Part shown: one piece after another, positions 16,201 through 24,253 of the stretch
Position numbering within the stretch: the stretch's first letter is position 1
Layout of the letters: each line of letters begins with the position of its first letter
IMG/VR virus record: IMGVR_UViG_3300005076_000009
Source: a virus
Length of the DNA: 38,658 nt
Strand: one strand, 5' to 3'
Notes under the pieces: model-generated
What the model was told of the DNA's origin: nothing
The model's input: the letters and a program-made list of their open reading frames with translations, nothing else
Databases searched by the model: none
Made by a program: the position numbers and the translations under genes

Positions 16201-17928
16201 CTCGGTTGCTTTCTTGGTCTCAGCTGCGCCGGTAGCGGTGGTAAGCTGCTTGCGTGCCTCGATCTCCTTCTCAAGCTGATCGATGACGCCTTGGCGTGCT
16301 TCGCCGCCTTTTTCGAGTGCCAGTTTCTCTTCGGCCTTGGCCAGCAGATAGCGCTGGATCTCGGCCTCGGTCATGCCGTAGGTGTCGGCCTCTTCTTGCA
16401 ACTTCGCCAGCTGATCTTCGGCTGCTTTGCGGCTTTGATACGCAGCATCAACAGCAGCTTGCTGGCGCTTGGTGTCAGAGTCGGCCAACTCTTGCGCCGA
16501 TGCGGCCATGTCCTTAAACAGCTTTTCCTGCGCCTTGAATGCATCAACTTCTTTGGCCAGCGCAACAAGATTGGCTTTCTGCTTCTCGGACAGATGCTTG
16601 TAGCGCTTGTCAGTCAGATCCATGCTGACCTTTTGCGCGGTGGTCAGCTCGCCCTCGGTCAGCAGCTGCTTGCGAAGGCTGCGCTCAAGGTCGCCGTAGG
16701 CGTCGGCTGCTTGCTCAGCAATGCGCTGCGCTGCTTTCAGTGCTTTGCCGTTGTCGTCGGCACTGGCCTTGACGGCCTTCAGGCCGGTGGACAGCTTCGG
16801 CGCAGTCGTGGCCAGCTTGGCGGTCGCGGTTTCGCTGTTCGCGATGCTGGCCGTCAGCTTATCTACAGCAGCCCGCGCCGCTGCAGAATCGCGGTCGCGC
16901 TCCTCGCCAATGCGCTTGTACAGATCAAGGTCGCCTTGGGCCAGTGCAGCAGCTTGCGCGGCAAGTGCGCCAAGCGTGCGGCCTGTCTCTTTGAAAACGT
17001 AGACCGTTTCAGCTGCGACAATGCCGAGTGTCTGGAATACCTTCGTCACGGCAGGCACGATGATGCTGGTGCCGCTGGCCGTTTCGTTGGTGTCACGCAG
17101 CGCCAGGGTTACGGCGTCAATGATGCCGCGCCCAGCGTTCATGATGCCATTGAAGGTCTGGCTAACGCCGCTGGCTTTGTCGATCTCGAAAGCGGCCTGC
17201 ATCGTGCTGTTAGATAGCTGCTCGAAAGTCTCAGCGCCGGTTACGCGCAGCTGCTGGAACTCACCTTCCAGCGTCGTGGCATTGTTTGCCAGTGCGTTAA
17301 TCAGCACATCGCCCGTCAGCTTGCCGTCCTCGGCCATCTTCTTGAGTTCGCCGCGAGTGACGCCGAGTTCCTTGGCCAGCAGCTGCATATAGCGCCCGCT
17401 GGACTCGTTAACCGCGTTGAACTCTTCGCCGCCCAAGCGGCCCGTACCAAGCGCCTGCCCGAACTGCAAGATCGCAGACGCCGATTCTTCAGCAGTCGCG
17501 CCGCTGATCTTCAGCGTCTTTGCGAACAACTCAGACGCGGCCACCGCGTCTTGAGTAGTGCCGCCCATGTCACGGATGGACGGAGCCAACCGCGCCACCA
17601 TGCCGCCGAACTCGTCCATTCCAACACGCGCACGCTGCGCCGCAGCAAACACCATGTCGGTTGCTTCGGCTGCCTTCGTAATCTCACCCGTTGCCAGCCC
17701 GATTTTGCTTTGCAGCAGGCCGTAGGTGTCTGCCATCTTCACCAGCTGCGACGTTGCCGCAGCGATGCCGAGAGAGGCTAGCGCACTGCCGAAAGCCTGC
17801 GTCGCTGACGTGGCGCCGCCTGTCGCCTTTTCCGCTTTACCGCTGGCCCCAGCCAGCCGGTCTAGATCGCCAGTCGCGGTCTTTACCTGCCGACTGTCAA
17901 CCGATATTCCTAGTTGCGCAATATCCAT
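13258..17928 (-). CDS. Tape measure protein (1556 aa)
   Basis: Largest ORF, downstream of the G/GT chaperones. It has Ala/Gly-rich coiled-coil sequence and a Gly-rich hydrophobic central block. Confidence 0.9.
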   Translation of the reverse strand: MDIAQLGISVDSRQVKTATGDLDRLAGASGKAEKATGGATSATQAFGSALASLGIAAATSQLVKMADTYGLLQSKIGLATGEITKAAEATDMVFAAAQRARVGMDEFGGMVARLAPSIRDMGGTTQDAVAASELFAKTLKISGATAEESASAILQFGQALGTGRLGGEEFNAVNESSGRYMQLLAKELGVTRGELKKMAEDGKLTGDVLINALANNATTLEGEFQQLRVTGAETFEQLSNSTMQAAFEIDKASGVSQTFNGIMNAGRGIIDAVTLALRDTNETASGTSIIVPAVTKVFQTLGIVAAETVYVFKETGRTLGALAAQAAALAQGDLDLYKRIGEERDRDSAAARAAVDKLTASIANSETATAKLATTAPKLSTGLKAVKASADDNGKALKAAQRIAEQAADAYGDLERSLRKQLLTEGELTTAQKVSMDLTDKRYKHLSEKQKANLVALAKEVDAFKAQEKLFKDMAASAQELADSDTKRQQAAVDAAYQSRKAAEDQLAKLQEEADTYGMTEAEIQRYLLAKAEEKLALEKGGEARQGVIDQLEKEIEARKQLTTATGAAETKKATEALGGAVQGTIADAIKAGLNASNPIKGFAQSLGNSVKNALYDAVAKGLAARITGALGFGGVSGGAMASGGGADAGSLLGLLGAATGGNSIGAGLAGGALGGEFGIFANAGNVSNLALAGYGLAGGLFGNLIGAGKTGSSLGGLGAAGGALIGGPLGAAVGGLAGSVLGGVLGGAWKGGGGQKFGGEGAIGRANAGLFPEGQTDAQVQAALQTFSTGLTDVAKKFGGTLNNLGFAYGYETDPKGTAGNFFSSVLEVNGQILRNVQVQKFSGEVSDQMASEFKTATVLALKAANLSADLQTAFDGFDPAIEGAADKVMARLEEIKAVADAFDTLGKAMPQLSGLSLQARESLIQLAGGAEALASGVSTYYDAFYSEAEKTGRATEQLSAQMSALGLSLPETKEGFRALVEAQDLTTESGRKTYAALIGMSGAFATVAEAAKAAAANMLNSALGDLQNSINAEKDKLTQASAGIISGYQAQIAAAKAAAAATISEARAKISAIKSAAQAQATSAKTQIASLNKQASETKKGYDAQISALKAAAAAAKKSAEVQEKAQQDVVKAMEDRASELQSVVDMLSEGLSTDAEMTFDRAAKVLADAVASGGVYDKDQLKAAINAVNAIDEGNYSTRQALERAKASATNDMARLQKIVSGQLDSVNAQKTVAEQQLAAIQAIPESIDAALEADVARYEKLAEAAQASYDKQILAIEEAADRADLAAEAQIAALEELIDKTSGQLDIDVGGLESKIEQQQVTLSSQLSALDKIFEEQKSAVEAALGTKQAVLSVADAIKNLQNALTAAANPMQTQASEAIKAMYRDIQGREADAAGLKYWTDRYAAGTSLDQIRKEIAASPEAQIRAKYKSILGREPDAAGLSFYLDQMKAGKSIDQIAAEIANSPEALKINGSHRNGLAEVPFDGYRAELHAGERVLTAQQADSSDKMAVDIAEMRREMAAAMQAIADATRRTARLQERWDGDGLPDARGY

Positions 17929-17978
17929 AATTGCCCCATGTGTTACGTTATAACGTGACGTGATTTTAGCACGGGCAA

Positions 17979-18004
17979 GAAAAAAGCCCCCGAAATTGGG
18001 GGCT
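17979..18004 (-). terminator. Rho-independent terminator AGCCCCC-AATTTC-GGGGGCT-TTTTT
   Basis: A 7-bp stem followed by a T-run, overlapping the stop of the T-frame ORF. Confidence 0.7.
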
Positions 18005-18776
18005 TAGGATGACAGGTTGCGGAACATTGCCTTGATGCGCTCGGACTGGTCGTCCGCCTTCGGCGTGGCTACCGCTTCGCTAACGTATGGCTGCTGGCAG
18101 TTGCCGTCTGTCGATTTGTGATATTGGTCACAATATAGCCGACTCATCAGCGAGATAAGGCGGCAGTCATACGAGCAAAGGCGGTTTCCGGTGGCCGCGT
18201 TATAGGCGTGGATCTCCTGCCACGACAGCGGCAAAATCCCATTAACGCCAACCTCATACGCCCCGCACTCGCTCCATGCTGCTGCAAGATAATCGAAGCC
18301 CAGCAGCGGCGGCATGGTGTGCGCTGGTGCGCCATCGGGAATGATAGCGCGGCGTGGCTTCTTTATCTTGTCAATTGGCGCGGCAAGCCATGCGGAGTGC
18401 CGCGCATAAAGGCAAAGCTGCTGCTCTACTGCGGCAAAAAAAGCGACACGTCGCCAAGCGCCGCATCCACCTGCTCGCGCAGCCACGAAAATTCCGGCTC
18501 GGCCAGGTTCTCAGCAGTGGCATTGATGTTGCTGAAGCCCAGCACGGCGGACTGGATGAAAGCGTTTGCGGCGGCCTCTTTCTGCTCTGCAGTTGCACCT
18601 TCGGCGCGGATGGCTTCAACGTATGCGACGGCAGCCTTGCGATAAACCGGATTGGCGCGGCTCATCAGCTTGACGGTAGCGGTTTTCTTGCCGTCGGTCA
18701 GCGGCTCGCCGGTCACGGGATGCTTGATAACCACGTCGGCGGTTTGCTGGATGGCGAATTGTTTGATATCGATCAT
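18004..18776 (-). CDS. Tail assembly chaperone GT-type fusion made by -1 frameshift
   Basis: A -1 slip on T_TTT_TTG (18441-18435) joins ...GDVSLF to (F)AAVEQQLCLYARHSAWLAAP of ORF 18004..18486. Confidence 0.7.
18426..18776 (-). CDS. Tail assembly chaperone (G-type)
   Basis: ATG 18776 has GAGGAG 6 nt upstream (the track start at 18794 is a TTG). It lies between the tube and tape measure genes. Confidence 0.7.
   Translation of the reverse strand: MIDIKQFAIQQTADVVIKHPVTGEPLTDGKKTATVKLMSRANPVYRKAAVAYVEAIRAEGATAEQKEAAANAFIQSAVLGFSNINATAENLAEPEFSWLREQVDAALGDVSLFLPQ
18435..18441 (-). other. Programmed -1 ribosomal frameshift slippery heptamer T_TTT_TTG
   Basis: Run of 7 T (minus strand) followed by G. 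The 0 frame ends 3 codons later, and the -1 frame stays open for about 145 codons. Confidence 0.7.
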
Positions 18777-18869
18777 GTTTGACTCCTCAGTCAAAGGGTT
18801 AACAGTCAGATTGGCGTCGGCAGTGGTTGACTAGGCCACGTTCGGATGCCTCCTAGCCGCGCCAGTGCA

Positions 18870-18899
18870 ATGATATAACATAACATTGCGAGGATGCAA
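18870..18899 (-). promoter_or_regulatory. Promoter TTGCAT-18-TATCAT
   Basis: The -35 overlaps the T-run of the upstream terminator. The sequence is conserved with 24000-24028. Confidence 0.5.
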
Positions 18900-18920
18900 A
18901 AAAGCCCCCGAAGGGGCTTC
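18898..18920 (-). terminator. Rho-independent terminator AGCCCC-TTCG-GGGGCT-TTTTTT
   Basis: Perfect stem with a TTCG loop, directly after the tail tube gene. Confidence 0.75.
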
Positions 18921-18923
18921 TTA

Positions 18924-19367
18924 TTAGACGAACACCACGCCGCCGTTCTGGATGCGAAGGTCAGACGACTGCATCACGATGTTGTCGATCGTGCTGATAG
19001 TGATCGGGTCGCCCATCACCAGCGCCTGGAAGTACAGGATAGAACCGTCTTGCAGTACCACCTTGAAGCTGTACAGCGAATCAGACGCGGCAGCAGTGCG
19101 CAGCAGGTCTTGTCCAGCATCGGCAAAGTCCACTGCGAACATGATGGTAGCTGTGCCGGAGTTGTACGAGCCTTTGCGCGTCTGCACCTCGCGGGTTGCC
19201 AACGGCGAGTATTCCACGGCGTTGTAGTTGCGGCTGTAGCCGTTGCCCAGATCGGTGACTTCATCGATGACGGTGTAAGTCAGCGCGGCAAAGCCAGCTT
19301 GATCGTGGGTTGCCGGAGCGCCGGCAGAAATGGCGATGGTTGCGCCTGCGGCGGTAAAAGTTGCCAT
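18924..19367 (-). CDS. Major tail (tube) protein
   Basis: 147 aa, positioned before the G/GT chaperones and followed by a strong terminator. The N-terminus is MATFTAAGATIAIS. Confidence 0.7.
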   Translation of the reverse strand: MATFTAAGATIAISAGAPATHDQAGFAALTYTVIDEVTDLGNGYSRNYNAVEYSPLATREVQTRKGSYNSGTATIMFAVDFADAGQDLLRTAAASDSLYSFKVVLQDGSILYFQALVMGDPITISTIDNIVMQSSDLRIQNGGVVFV

Positions 19368-19373
19368 GTGTTA

Positions 19374-19772
19374 TTACCTCAGAATTGAATAAGGGATTGA
19401 TACCGGCACCTGATACCAGCTGCCGTCTTGCAAAGCAGGAGCCGCCCAGCCTTCACGCTCAAACTTGACCGCCTCGCCAGCCTCGGTAAGCGTGAGATTG
19501 CGCGGAAAAAGCGCCAGCACCGCCGCCGCATACTCTCCAGCCTTGATTGCGCCGATTCCGGCGCGGGTCATGACGTCGATCTGCACAATGCCGCGTTCAC
19601 GCGACAGCGTGGCCACACCGACCGTTTCTGTTTGTGCTGGCAGCACATTGACGCGCAGATAGTCTGCCGTCGGCTGCTGCCCAGCGATATTCGGGTAAGC
19701 TATCGGCAAAGCGCTTGGCGGCGATGCTTTCAGCCGCTTAAACACTGCCGCCTGTACTGCGTTCAGGCTCAT
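19374..19772 (-). CDS. Tail terminator-like protein
   Basis: Position and size fit, and the pattern AVFKRL...IAYPN...YLRVNVLP...G.VQIDV is typical of tail terminators. Confidence 0.55.
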   Translation of the reverse strand: MSLNAVQAAVFKRLKASPPSALPIAYPNIAGQQPTADYLRVNVLPAQTETVGVATLSRERGIVQIDVMTRAGIGAIKAGEYAAAVLALFPRNLTLTEAGEAVKFEREGWAAPALQDGSWYQVPVSIPYSILR

Positions 19773-20164
19773 TTATTCGCCTTTCTTGCTGCTGCGGCCA
19801 CTGCCGCCTGGAAGTTCTGCACCGCTACGCGCACCATGCCAGCCGGTGCTTGGCTGGAATAGCCGTACTCAAGGCGGCGTGCGTAGGGAAGGTTGTTCAC
19901 AAGGTAGTACACCGAGCCGACAGCGGCGCCAGCAGCAGCATTGGCCTTGGCCAACGTGCCAGCGCCGGACTTGTCGTCTGTATCAAGCGTGCCGGATGCT
20001 GCGCTTGCAATAGTGCCTTGCCAGTTACCACGGAAGCGGCCAGTATCAACTGGAGACGCAAGGATAATGTCGTGGTTCAGAGTGTGGCATGTCACGCGGA
20101 CGGCTTCTTCCGCGTTGAGTCCGGCCTTCTTAGCCCACTGGGCAATGTCACGGGCGAAGGTCAT
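19769..20164 (-). CDS. HK97 gp10-like tail completion protein
   Basis: SPVDTGRFRGNWQ motif, with ATGA coupling to the neighbouring gene. Confidence 0.6.
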   Translation of the reverse strand: MTFARDIAQWAKKAGLNAEEAVRVTCHTLNHDIILASPVDTGRFRGNWQGTIASAASGTLDTDDKSGAGTLAKANAAAGAAVGSVYYLVNNLPYARRLEYGYSSQAPAGMVRVAVQNFQAAVAAAARKANK

Positions 20165-20406
20165 GGAATCACCCTGATTGACACGCTACCGCGCTCAATG
20201 ACTCTAACGATCTCGCCGTCATCAATGACGAAATCGCCATTTGCGTGGCACTGGTAGCGCTCAATAAACCCATCGATACCAGCCACTGCTCTTACAATTT
20301 TCCAGTCACGCGGCACCAAGATCCCGCCAATGAAGATCAGCAACGATCTTGATTTGCATAGCGGGTCGGAATAATGCGCCTGCGTCAAAGAAATGAAATC
20401 GCTCAT
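20161..20406 (-). CDS. Hypothetical head-tail joining region protein (81 aa)
   Basis: ATGA coupling on both sides; the call rests on position only. Confidence 0.45.
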   Translation of the reverse strand: MSDFISLTQAHYSDPLCKSRSLLIFIGGILVPRDWKIVRAVAGIDGFIERYQCHANGDFVIDDGEIVRVIERGSVSIRVIP

Positions 20407-20744
20407 AGCCGCACCTGCACTTTGTACAGCACCACCGCGGGGCCAGGCTTCACGGTTTCAACGCGCACGACCTCATAGTCCGCGCCGTCAATCAGCCGCT
20501 TGGCAAGCGAAATGTCAGCGCCGCCAGCAACCAGATACAGCTTGTCACTAGCTTGAATCAGCGTGCCGTCGATTTCCTCAGCCTTGAATTGCGTCTGCAC
20601 GGCCTTGACCACAACGTCACTCGGCACTTGCACGGGGTTCCATTCATCGCCGGACGCTGTGAATGTGCGCACCGTCACGTCGCGCCCATTCTCGCGGATC
20701 AGGCGCTTGGCGTTGGCCAGTGCTTTGTTGTAGTCAATGGCCAT
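20403..20744 (-). CDS. Head closure / head-tail adaptor-like protein
   Basis: 113 aa; position and an overall beta-rich pattern support the call. Confidence 0.5.
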   Translation of the reverse strand: MAIDYNKALANAKRLIRENGRDVTVRTFTASGDEWNPVQVPSDVVVKAVQTQFKAEEIDGTLIQASDKLYLVAGGADISLAKRLIDGADYEVVRVETVKPGPAVVLYKVQVRL

Positions 20745-21178
20745 CAGGCACGCCCCACGGTGAACGACATTGCGCCGCTCGCATCGGCAAGGTAAGGCGC
20801 AATCAGCCGGTCAATCATCGGGTAGGCAGTCACACTGCCAGCGCCGGTCTGATACTCTGTTTCCAGCACGTCCACCCTTTCGCGCTTCACAGCAGGGCCG
20901 ACCGGCGCAAGCGGATCTGCGCCGCCGTCGTAGACGATTGCCAGCTGCATCTGCGCGGTCTTGATGGCGGTAGGCACGGTCGTTTCACCGTTTCGCGGGA
21001 AGTCCAGCGGCTGCGTGCTGACGGTGCGATAACCAGCCCACGACTGCACGCCTAGGTAGTCCATGGCGCGAATAAGCGCCACGGTCGCGTCGCCTTCCAG
21101 CGTCAAGCCGCGCGCGGTCGCGTAGGCGGTCAGTTCCGCCTCGCTCACATAGCTGTCAGTGCCAACGATTACCGGCAT
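20744..21178 (-). CDS. gp6-like head-tail connector protein
   Basis: The N-terminus VGTDSYVSEAELTAYATARGLTL is typical of this family. Confidence 0.55.
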   Translation of the reverse strand: MPVIVGTDSYVSEAELTAYATARGLTLEGDATVALIRAMDYLGVQSWAGYRTVSTQPLDFPRNGETTVPTAIKTAQMQLAIVYDGGADPLAPVGPAVKRERVDVLETEYQTGAGSVTAYPMIDRLIAPYLADASGAMSFTVGRA

Positions 21179-21207
21179 GATGCAATCCCTCTTTCTCGAT
21201 GCGTTAC

Positions 21208-21237
21208 ATTATAACGTATCAAGGCCGCTCCTCCCAA
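21208..21237 (-). promoter_or_regulatory. Possible promoter TTGGGA-18-TATAAT within a conserved 19-bp box
   Basis: Perfect -10 at 21208-21213 but a weak -35. Confidence 0.35.
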
Positions 21238-21785
21238 AATAGTGAATAGACGCCCGTGGCAGGGCCATTGCTGATGTTCTCAAGCTTCAGGTAGTAAGCC
21301 CCAGCAGGCAGGCCGCGCTCGTCAGAAGTCTGGCCACCGACTGTGCTTTGCTGGGCAGTCGCACCCGCCGCCACGACTCGCACCACTTCCACTACAGTTC
21401 CGCCCGTGATCGTGCCGCCGTTCGCAATGGTGGCCTGCGCTGCGTAGTAGCCACCAGGGTATTGACGCCGCGAGGCCATGCGGTTCTTGCCGATAACCGG
21501 CATTGGTGCATTAAAAGGCGTTTCCTCTGCTGCTCCAGTGATAGCAGACAGCCGAATGGCCCCAGCATCTACAGCCAGCCGCTGCGCAAACAGGATGAAG
21601 TCAACCGGACAGCTGAACTTCAACACCACGCTGTTACCGCTCGCAATGCTGAACTCGTAGAACGTGCGGAACTCGCGGCCCTCGAAGAAGCCGGTTTGCG
21701 CTGGGTCTACGCGCAGCCGACCGAATCCCTCTTCTGCGGAGGTGATAAGGTGCGGCTGCACCATGCCATTATTCGGCGCTGTCAT
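21219..21785 (-). CDS. Hypothetical structural protein (about 188 aa)
   Basis: It lies in the head module. The start is uncertain (21815, 21785 or 21764). Confidence 0.5.
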   Translation of the reverse strand: MTAPNNGMVQPHLITSAEEGFGRLRVDPAQTGFFEGREFRTFYEFSIASGNSVVLKFSCPVDFILFAQRLAVDAGAIRLSAITGAAEETPFNAPMPVIGKNRMASRRQYPGGYYAAQATIANGGTITGGTVVEVVRVVAAGATAQQSTVGGQTSDERGLPAGAYYLKLENISNGPATGVYSLFWEERP

Positions 21786-21945
21786 CGCTCGCAGCCTTGC
21801 GCGGCTTGCGCTCAAGTTTCACAGATTCTGGATGCACGTAACCATCAGGCGCGAAGATGGCGTCAATGATTTTGTAACCAGCCGCACGCAATTCCGCTTT
21901 GCGCTCTGCGGTTACTGGGTGCGGTTCGTAAATGATCTTATCCAT
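21769..21945 (-). CDS. Small hypothetical protein (58 aa)
   Basis: GGAGTGAG precedes ATG 21945, right after the major capsid gene terminator. The ORF is below the track cutoff. Confidence 0.45.
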   Translation of the reverse strand: MDKIIYEPHPVTAERKAELRAAGYKIIDAIFAPDGYVHPESVKLERKPRKAASDDSAE

Positions 21946-21955
21946 TACTCACTCC

Positions 21956-21981
21956 AAAAAAGCAGGGGCCGAAGCCCCCGC
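21956..21981 (-). terminator. Rho-independent terminator GCGGGGGC-TTCG-GCCCCTGC-TTTTTT
   Basis: An 8-bp stem (one G-U pair) with a TTCG loop, directly after the major capsid gene. Confidence 0.75.
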
Positions 21982-21988
21982 TTGCCGG

Positions 21989-22960
21989 TTAGTTTTTGGC
22001 GTTGTCGCCAATGGTGATGACGCCAGCGGTGTGCTTGATGTCGGTAGCCACCTTATCCCAGTTCGAGCCGGTTTTCAGCTCGGCATCGGTCGGGGATTTG
22101 CCGCCGTTGGTTTCGTCCCAGCTGTAACCCTTCAGTGCCAGACCGAAGGTGTAATCGACTTGCATCGTGGTTTCAATGCGGGTCTGGCCGTTCTTGGTCT
22201 CGATGTTGCTGATAACATCGGAACCGTCAAACACGGTCGCAGCGCCAGGAACCAGCGACAGCACGAAGTCTTTGTTCGGCGTTCCAGCAAGATACAGGGC
22301 CGGGGCGTCGGTAACGATAACAGCCTTGCCGAGAATATCCACGACGCGAACGTTCTGCGCCTGGAACAGCTGCGGTGTATTGGTCAGGTTCTGGCCGATC
22401 AGCTTGTGATAGGTCGCGCCGTTCATCACTTGGGCCACTAGATCGCCGGAGCGGTCGCCAAACTTCGCGTGTGCGCCGTTCATGCTGGAGTAGTTGATAC
22501 CAGCAGTAGCAGATACGTCGTTGGTTGCAGCAGCTTGGTTGCTGATGGCAGCTACCAGCGCAGCAATGGCAGTGTTAAGCTGGTCAGCCATCAGCGCCTC
22601 GGCAAAGTTGCGGGATGCAACTTCAATGCCTTCGCTGGTCGGCTTTTGCAGCCAAGTCAGCTGCGACGGCTCAAAGCGGATCGGGCCGAAACCACCGGCA
22701 ACTTTCACGCCGGAGTGCTTCAGCTGGGTCAGGTCGGTAGCCGAAGCGGAAGCCTGTGCGGCGTAGCGATCCACGCGGCGCTGTGCAGTGTGGATAGCCT
22801 GGAAGAAAGACTCTTGCAGGAAGTCGCCGGTAAAGCCGCCAGTGGTCAGGCGGATAGCGCCATTAGAAGCGCCGTTGAATTTATCCACCATTTGACCCAA
22901 GGTCTCAATGGTGGCGGGCATGATGTATTCGTTGAATACCTGCATTTGGGACAGTGCCAT
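21989..22960 (-). CDS. Major capsid protein
   Basis: 323 aa, positioned after the scaffold gene and followed by a strong terminator. Confidence 0.75.
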   Translation of the reverse strand: MALSQMQVFNEYIMPATIETLGQMVDKFNGASNGAIRLTTGGFTGDFLQESFFQAIHTAQRRVDRYAAQASASATDLTQLKHSGVKVAGGFGPIRFEPSQLTWLQKPTSEGIEVASRNFAEALMADQLNTAIAALVAAISNQAAATNDVSATAGINYSSMNGAHAKFGDRSGDLVAQVMNGATYHKLIGQNLTNTPQLFQAQNVRVVDILGKAVIVTDAPALYLAGTPNKDFVLSLVPGAATVFDGSDVISNIETKNGQTRIETTMQVDYTFGLALKGYSWDETNGGKSPTDAELKTGSNWDKVATDIKHTAGVITIGDNAKN

Positions 22961-22965
22961 TTGTA

Positions 22966-23607
22966 TTACTCCGGTAAGTTAAAACGATTTTTGATAGCGG
23001 CTGCGCGTTCTGCGCGATTGCCGCCAAAGTTGCCAACATTGGCACGACTGGAGCCACCGGAGGCACCACCACCGGACGACTGTACACCGTCTGCGAGGAA
23101 CGGGTATTGCTTTGCGAGATGCTGCTGCAACTGCTCCGCAGTTACCTCAGCACCATCGACGGTAAATTTCACGCCTTCAGGCGTATGCACGGCAAATGCC
23201 AAAGCCTCTTTTTTGGCCAGCTGTGCGCGTGCGGTGTCACGGGTCAAACCGGACGCAATCTGCATTGCCGCCTCGGACAACTCACGATCAGCAATGGATT
23301 TGCGCAGCATTTCCAGCTCGGCAGCGGTCTTGCTGCGGGTTTCTTGCTCGCGCTTGTAAAGTTCTTCGTACTTTTTCTGACCTTCAAGCTCGGCCAGCTC
23401 TTTGGCTTCCAGCGCCTTTCGCAGCTCCTCGGCTTGCTGCTTCGCGCTCTTGCGCTCGTCGCGCTCACGCTGGAGGGCGTTCTTCAGCTCGTCGGCTGGG
23501 TCGATGCCTTCTACAGCAAGGCGGAACTTGCCGTTATGCTCTTGGTAAAGCGGCTTGATGGCGTCGTCAACGCCGTCGAGAGAGTCAATCTCGAATTTGA
23601 GTGCCAT
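22966..23607 (-). CDS. Scaffolding protein
   Basis: 213 aa with highly charged coiled-coil sequence, immediately upstream of the capsid gene. Confidence 0.6.
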   Translation of the reverse strand: MALKFEIDSLDGVDDAIKPLYQEHNGKFRLAVEGIDPADELKNALQRERDERKSAKQQAEELRKALEAKELAELEGQKKYEELYKREQETRSKTAAELEMLRKSIADRELSEAAMQIASGLTRDTARAQLAKKEALAFAVHTPEGVKFTVDGAEVTAEQLQQHLAKQYPFLADGVQSSGGGASGGSSRANVGNFGGNRAERAAAIKNRFNLPE

Positions 23608-23609
23608 GG

Positions 23610-23993
23610 TTAAACCTTCCCTTCATGCAATTTCTGTTTTAGCTCATACCCCATCAGCGGCCACATCTTGCTGACGGCGTTTTGACGCGCAATCTTGCGG
23701 CCAATATCGGCGTCGAAGTTCTCCGGGCTGGCGCAGGCCGATTCGCCGGTCACGGTGAAGCCGTTACGCAGCACCAAAACGCAGAAGGTTAGCAATTTAA
23801 GTTGACTGTGATAGCCGGTAAGCTGCGTCATCAGTTCCATCGCGCCCTTCGCCCCGTCCTCCGCTGTGAAAAAATAGCAGTCGACAATGTTCGCCTCGAT
23901 GTCGGCCGGCGTGATGCGCGGAGCAGTCATGCCTTTAGATTGGATTTCATTCTCGATTTGTTGATCGCTCATCTCATTGCTCCGTTGATTCAT
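23610..23993 (-). CDS. N4 gp49 / Sf6 gp66-family phage protein
   Basis: The segment LTFCVLVLRNGFTVTGESACASPENFDADIGRKIARQNA is characteristic of the family. The start may be 23972. Confidence 0.7.
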   Translation of the reverse strand: MNQRSNEMSDQQIENEIQSKGMTAPRITPADIEANIVDCYFFTAEDGAKGAMELMTQLTGYHSQLKLLTFCVLVLRNGFTVTGESACASPENFDADIGRKIARQNAVSKMWPLMGYELKQKLHEGKV

Positions 23994-23999
23994 AGCGTT

Positions 24000-24028
24000 A
24001 TGTTATAGCATAACATTTCAGGATGCAA
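24000..24028 (-). promoter_or_regulatory. Promoter TTGCAT-17-TAACAT
   Basis: The -35 overlaps the terminator T-run. The sequence is conserved with 18870-18899. Confidence 0.5.
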
Positions 24029-24050
24029 AAAAACCGCCACAGGGGCGGTT
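24027..24050 (-). terminator. Rho-independent terminator AACCGCC-CCTGT-GGCGGTT-TTTTT
   Basis: A 7-bp stem followed by a T-run. Confidence 0.7.
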
Positions 24051-24054
24051 GGTG

Positions 24055-24243
24055 CTAGATGATTTCCTTCATTAGCTTTTCTGCTTGCCACTGATAGCCG
24101 GCCACATACAACATGCCAACAAGTAGCCAGCCAACCAGCTTAATCGGGACATGCAGCGCCAGCCGAACCAGTATTAAAAACGGGTTTGCTAGCTGCATGC
24201 CGTTCCACCTCCATTGCGTAAGCAGTTGCTTGATATTGCTCAT
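24055..24243 (-). CDS. Small membrane protein (62 aa)
   Basis: AGGTGG precedes ATG 24243, and the protein has hydrophobic helices. Confidence 0.5.
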   Translation of the reverse strand: MSNIKQLLTQWRWNGMQLANPFLILVRLALHVPIKLVGWLLVGMLYVAGYQWQAEKLMKEII

Positions 24244-24253
24244 CACACCACCT

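Noticed and set aside
12856-17217. Long + strand ORFs (12856..13938 at 360 aa, 13775..14335, 16180..17217 at 345 aa and others) antisense to the tail-tip and tape measure genes
   Set aside because: These are shadow ORFs typical of GC-rich coding DNA. Their composition is low-complexity and Cys/Arg/Leu-rich, they have no SD or coupling, and they lie fully inside well-supported minus-strand genes.
22469-23613. + strand ORFs of 296 and 168 aa antisense to the capsid and scaffold genes
   Set aside because: Same shadow-ORF pattern. The minus-strand genes have SDs and terminators and fit head-module synteny.
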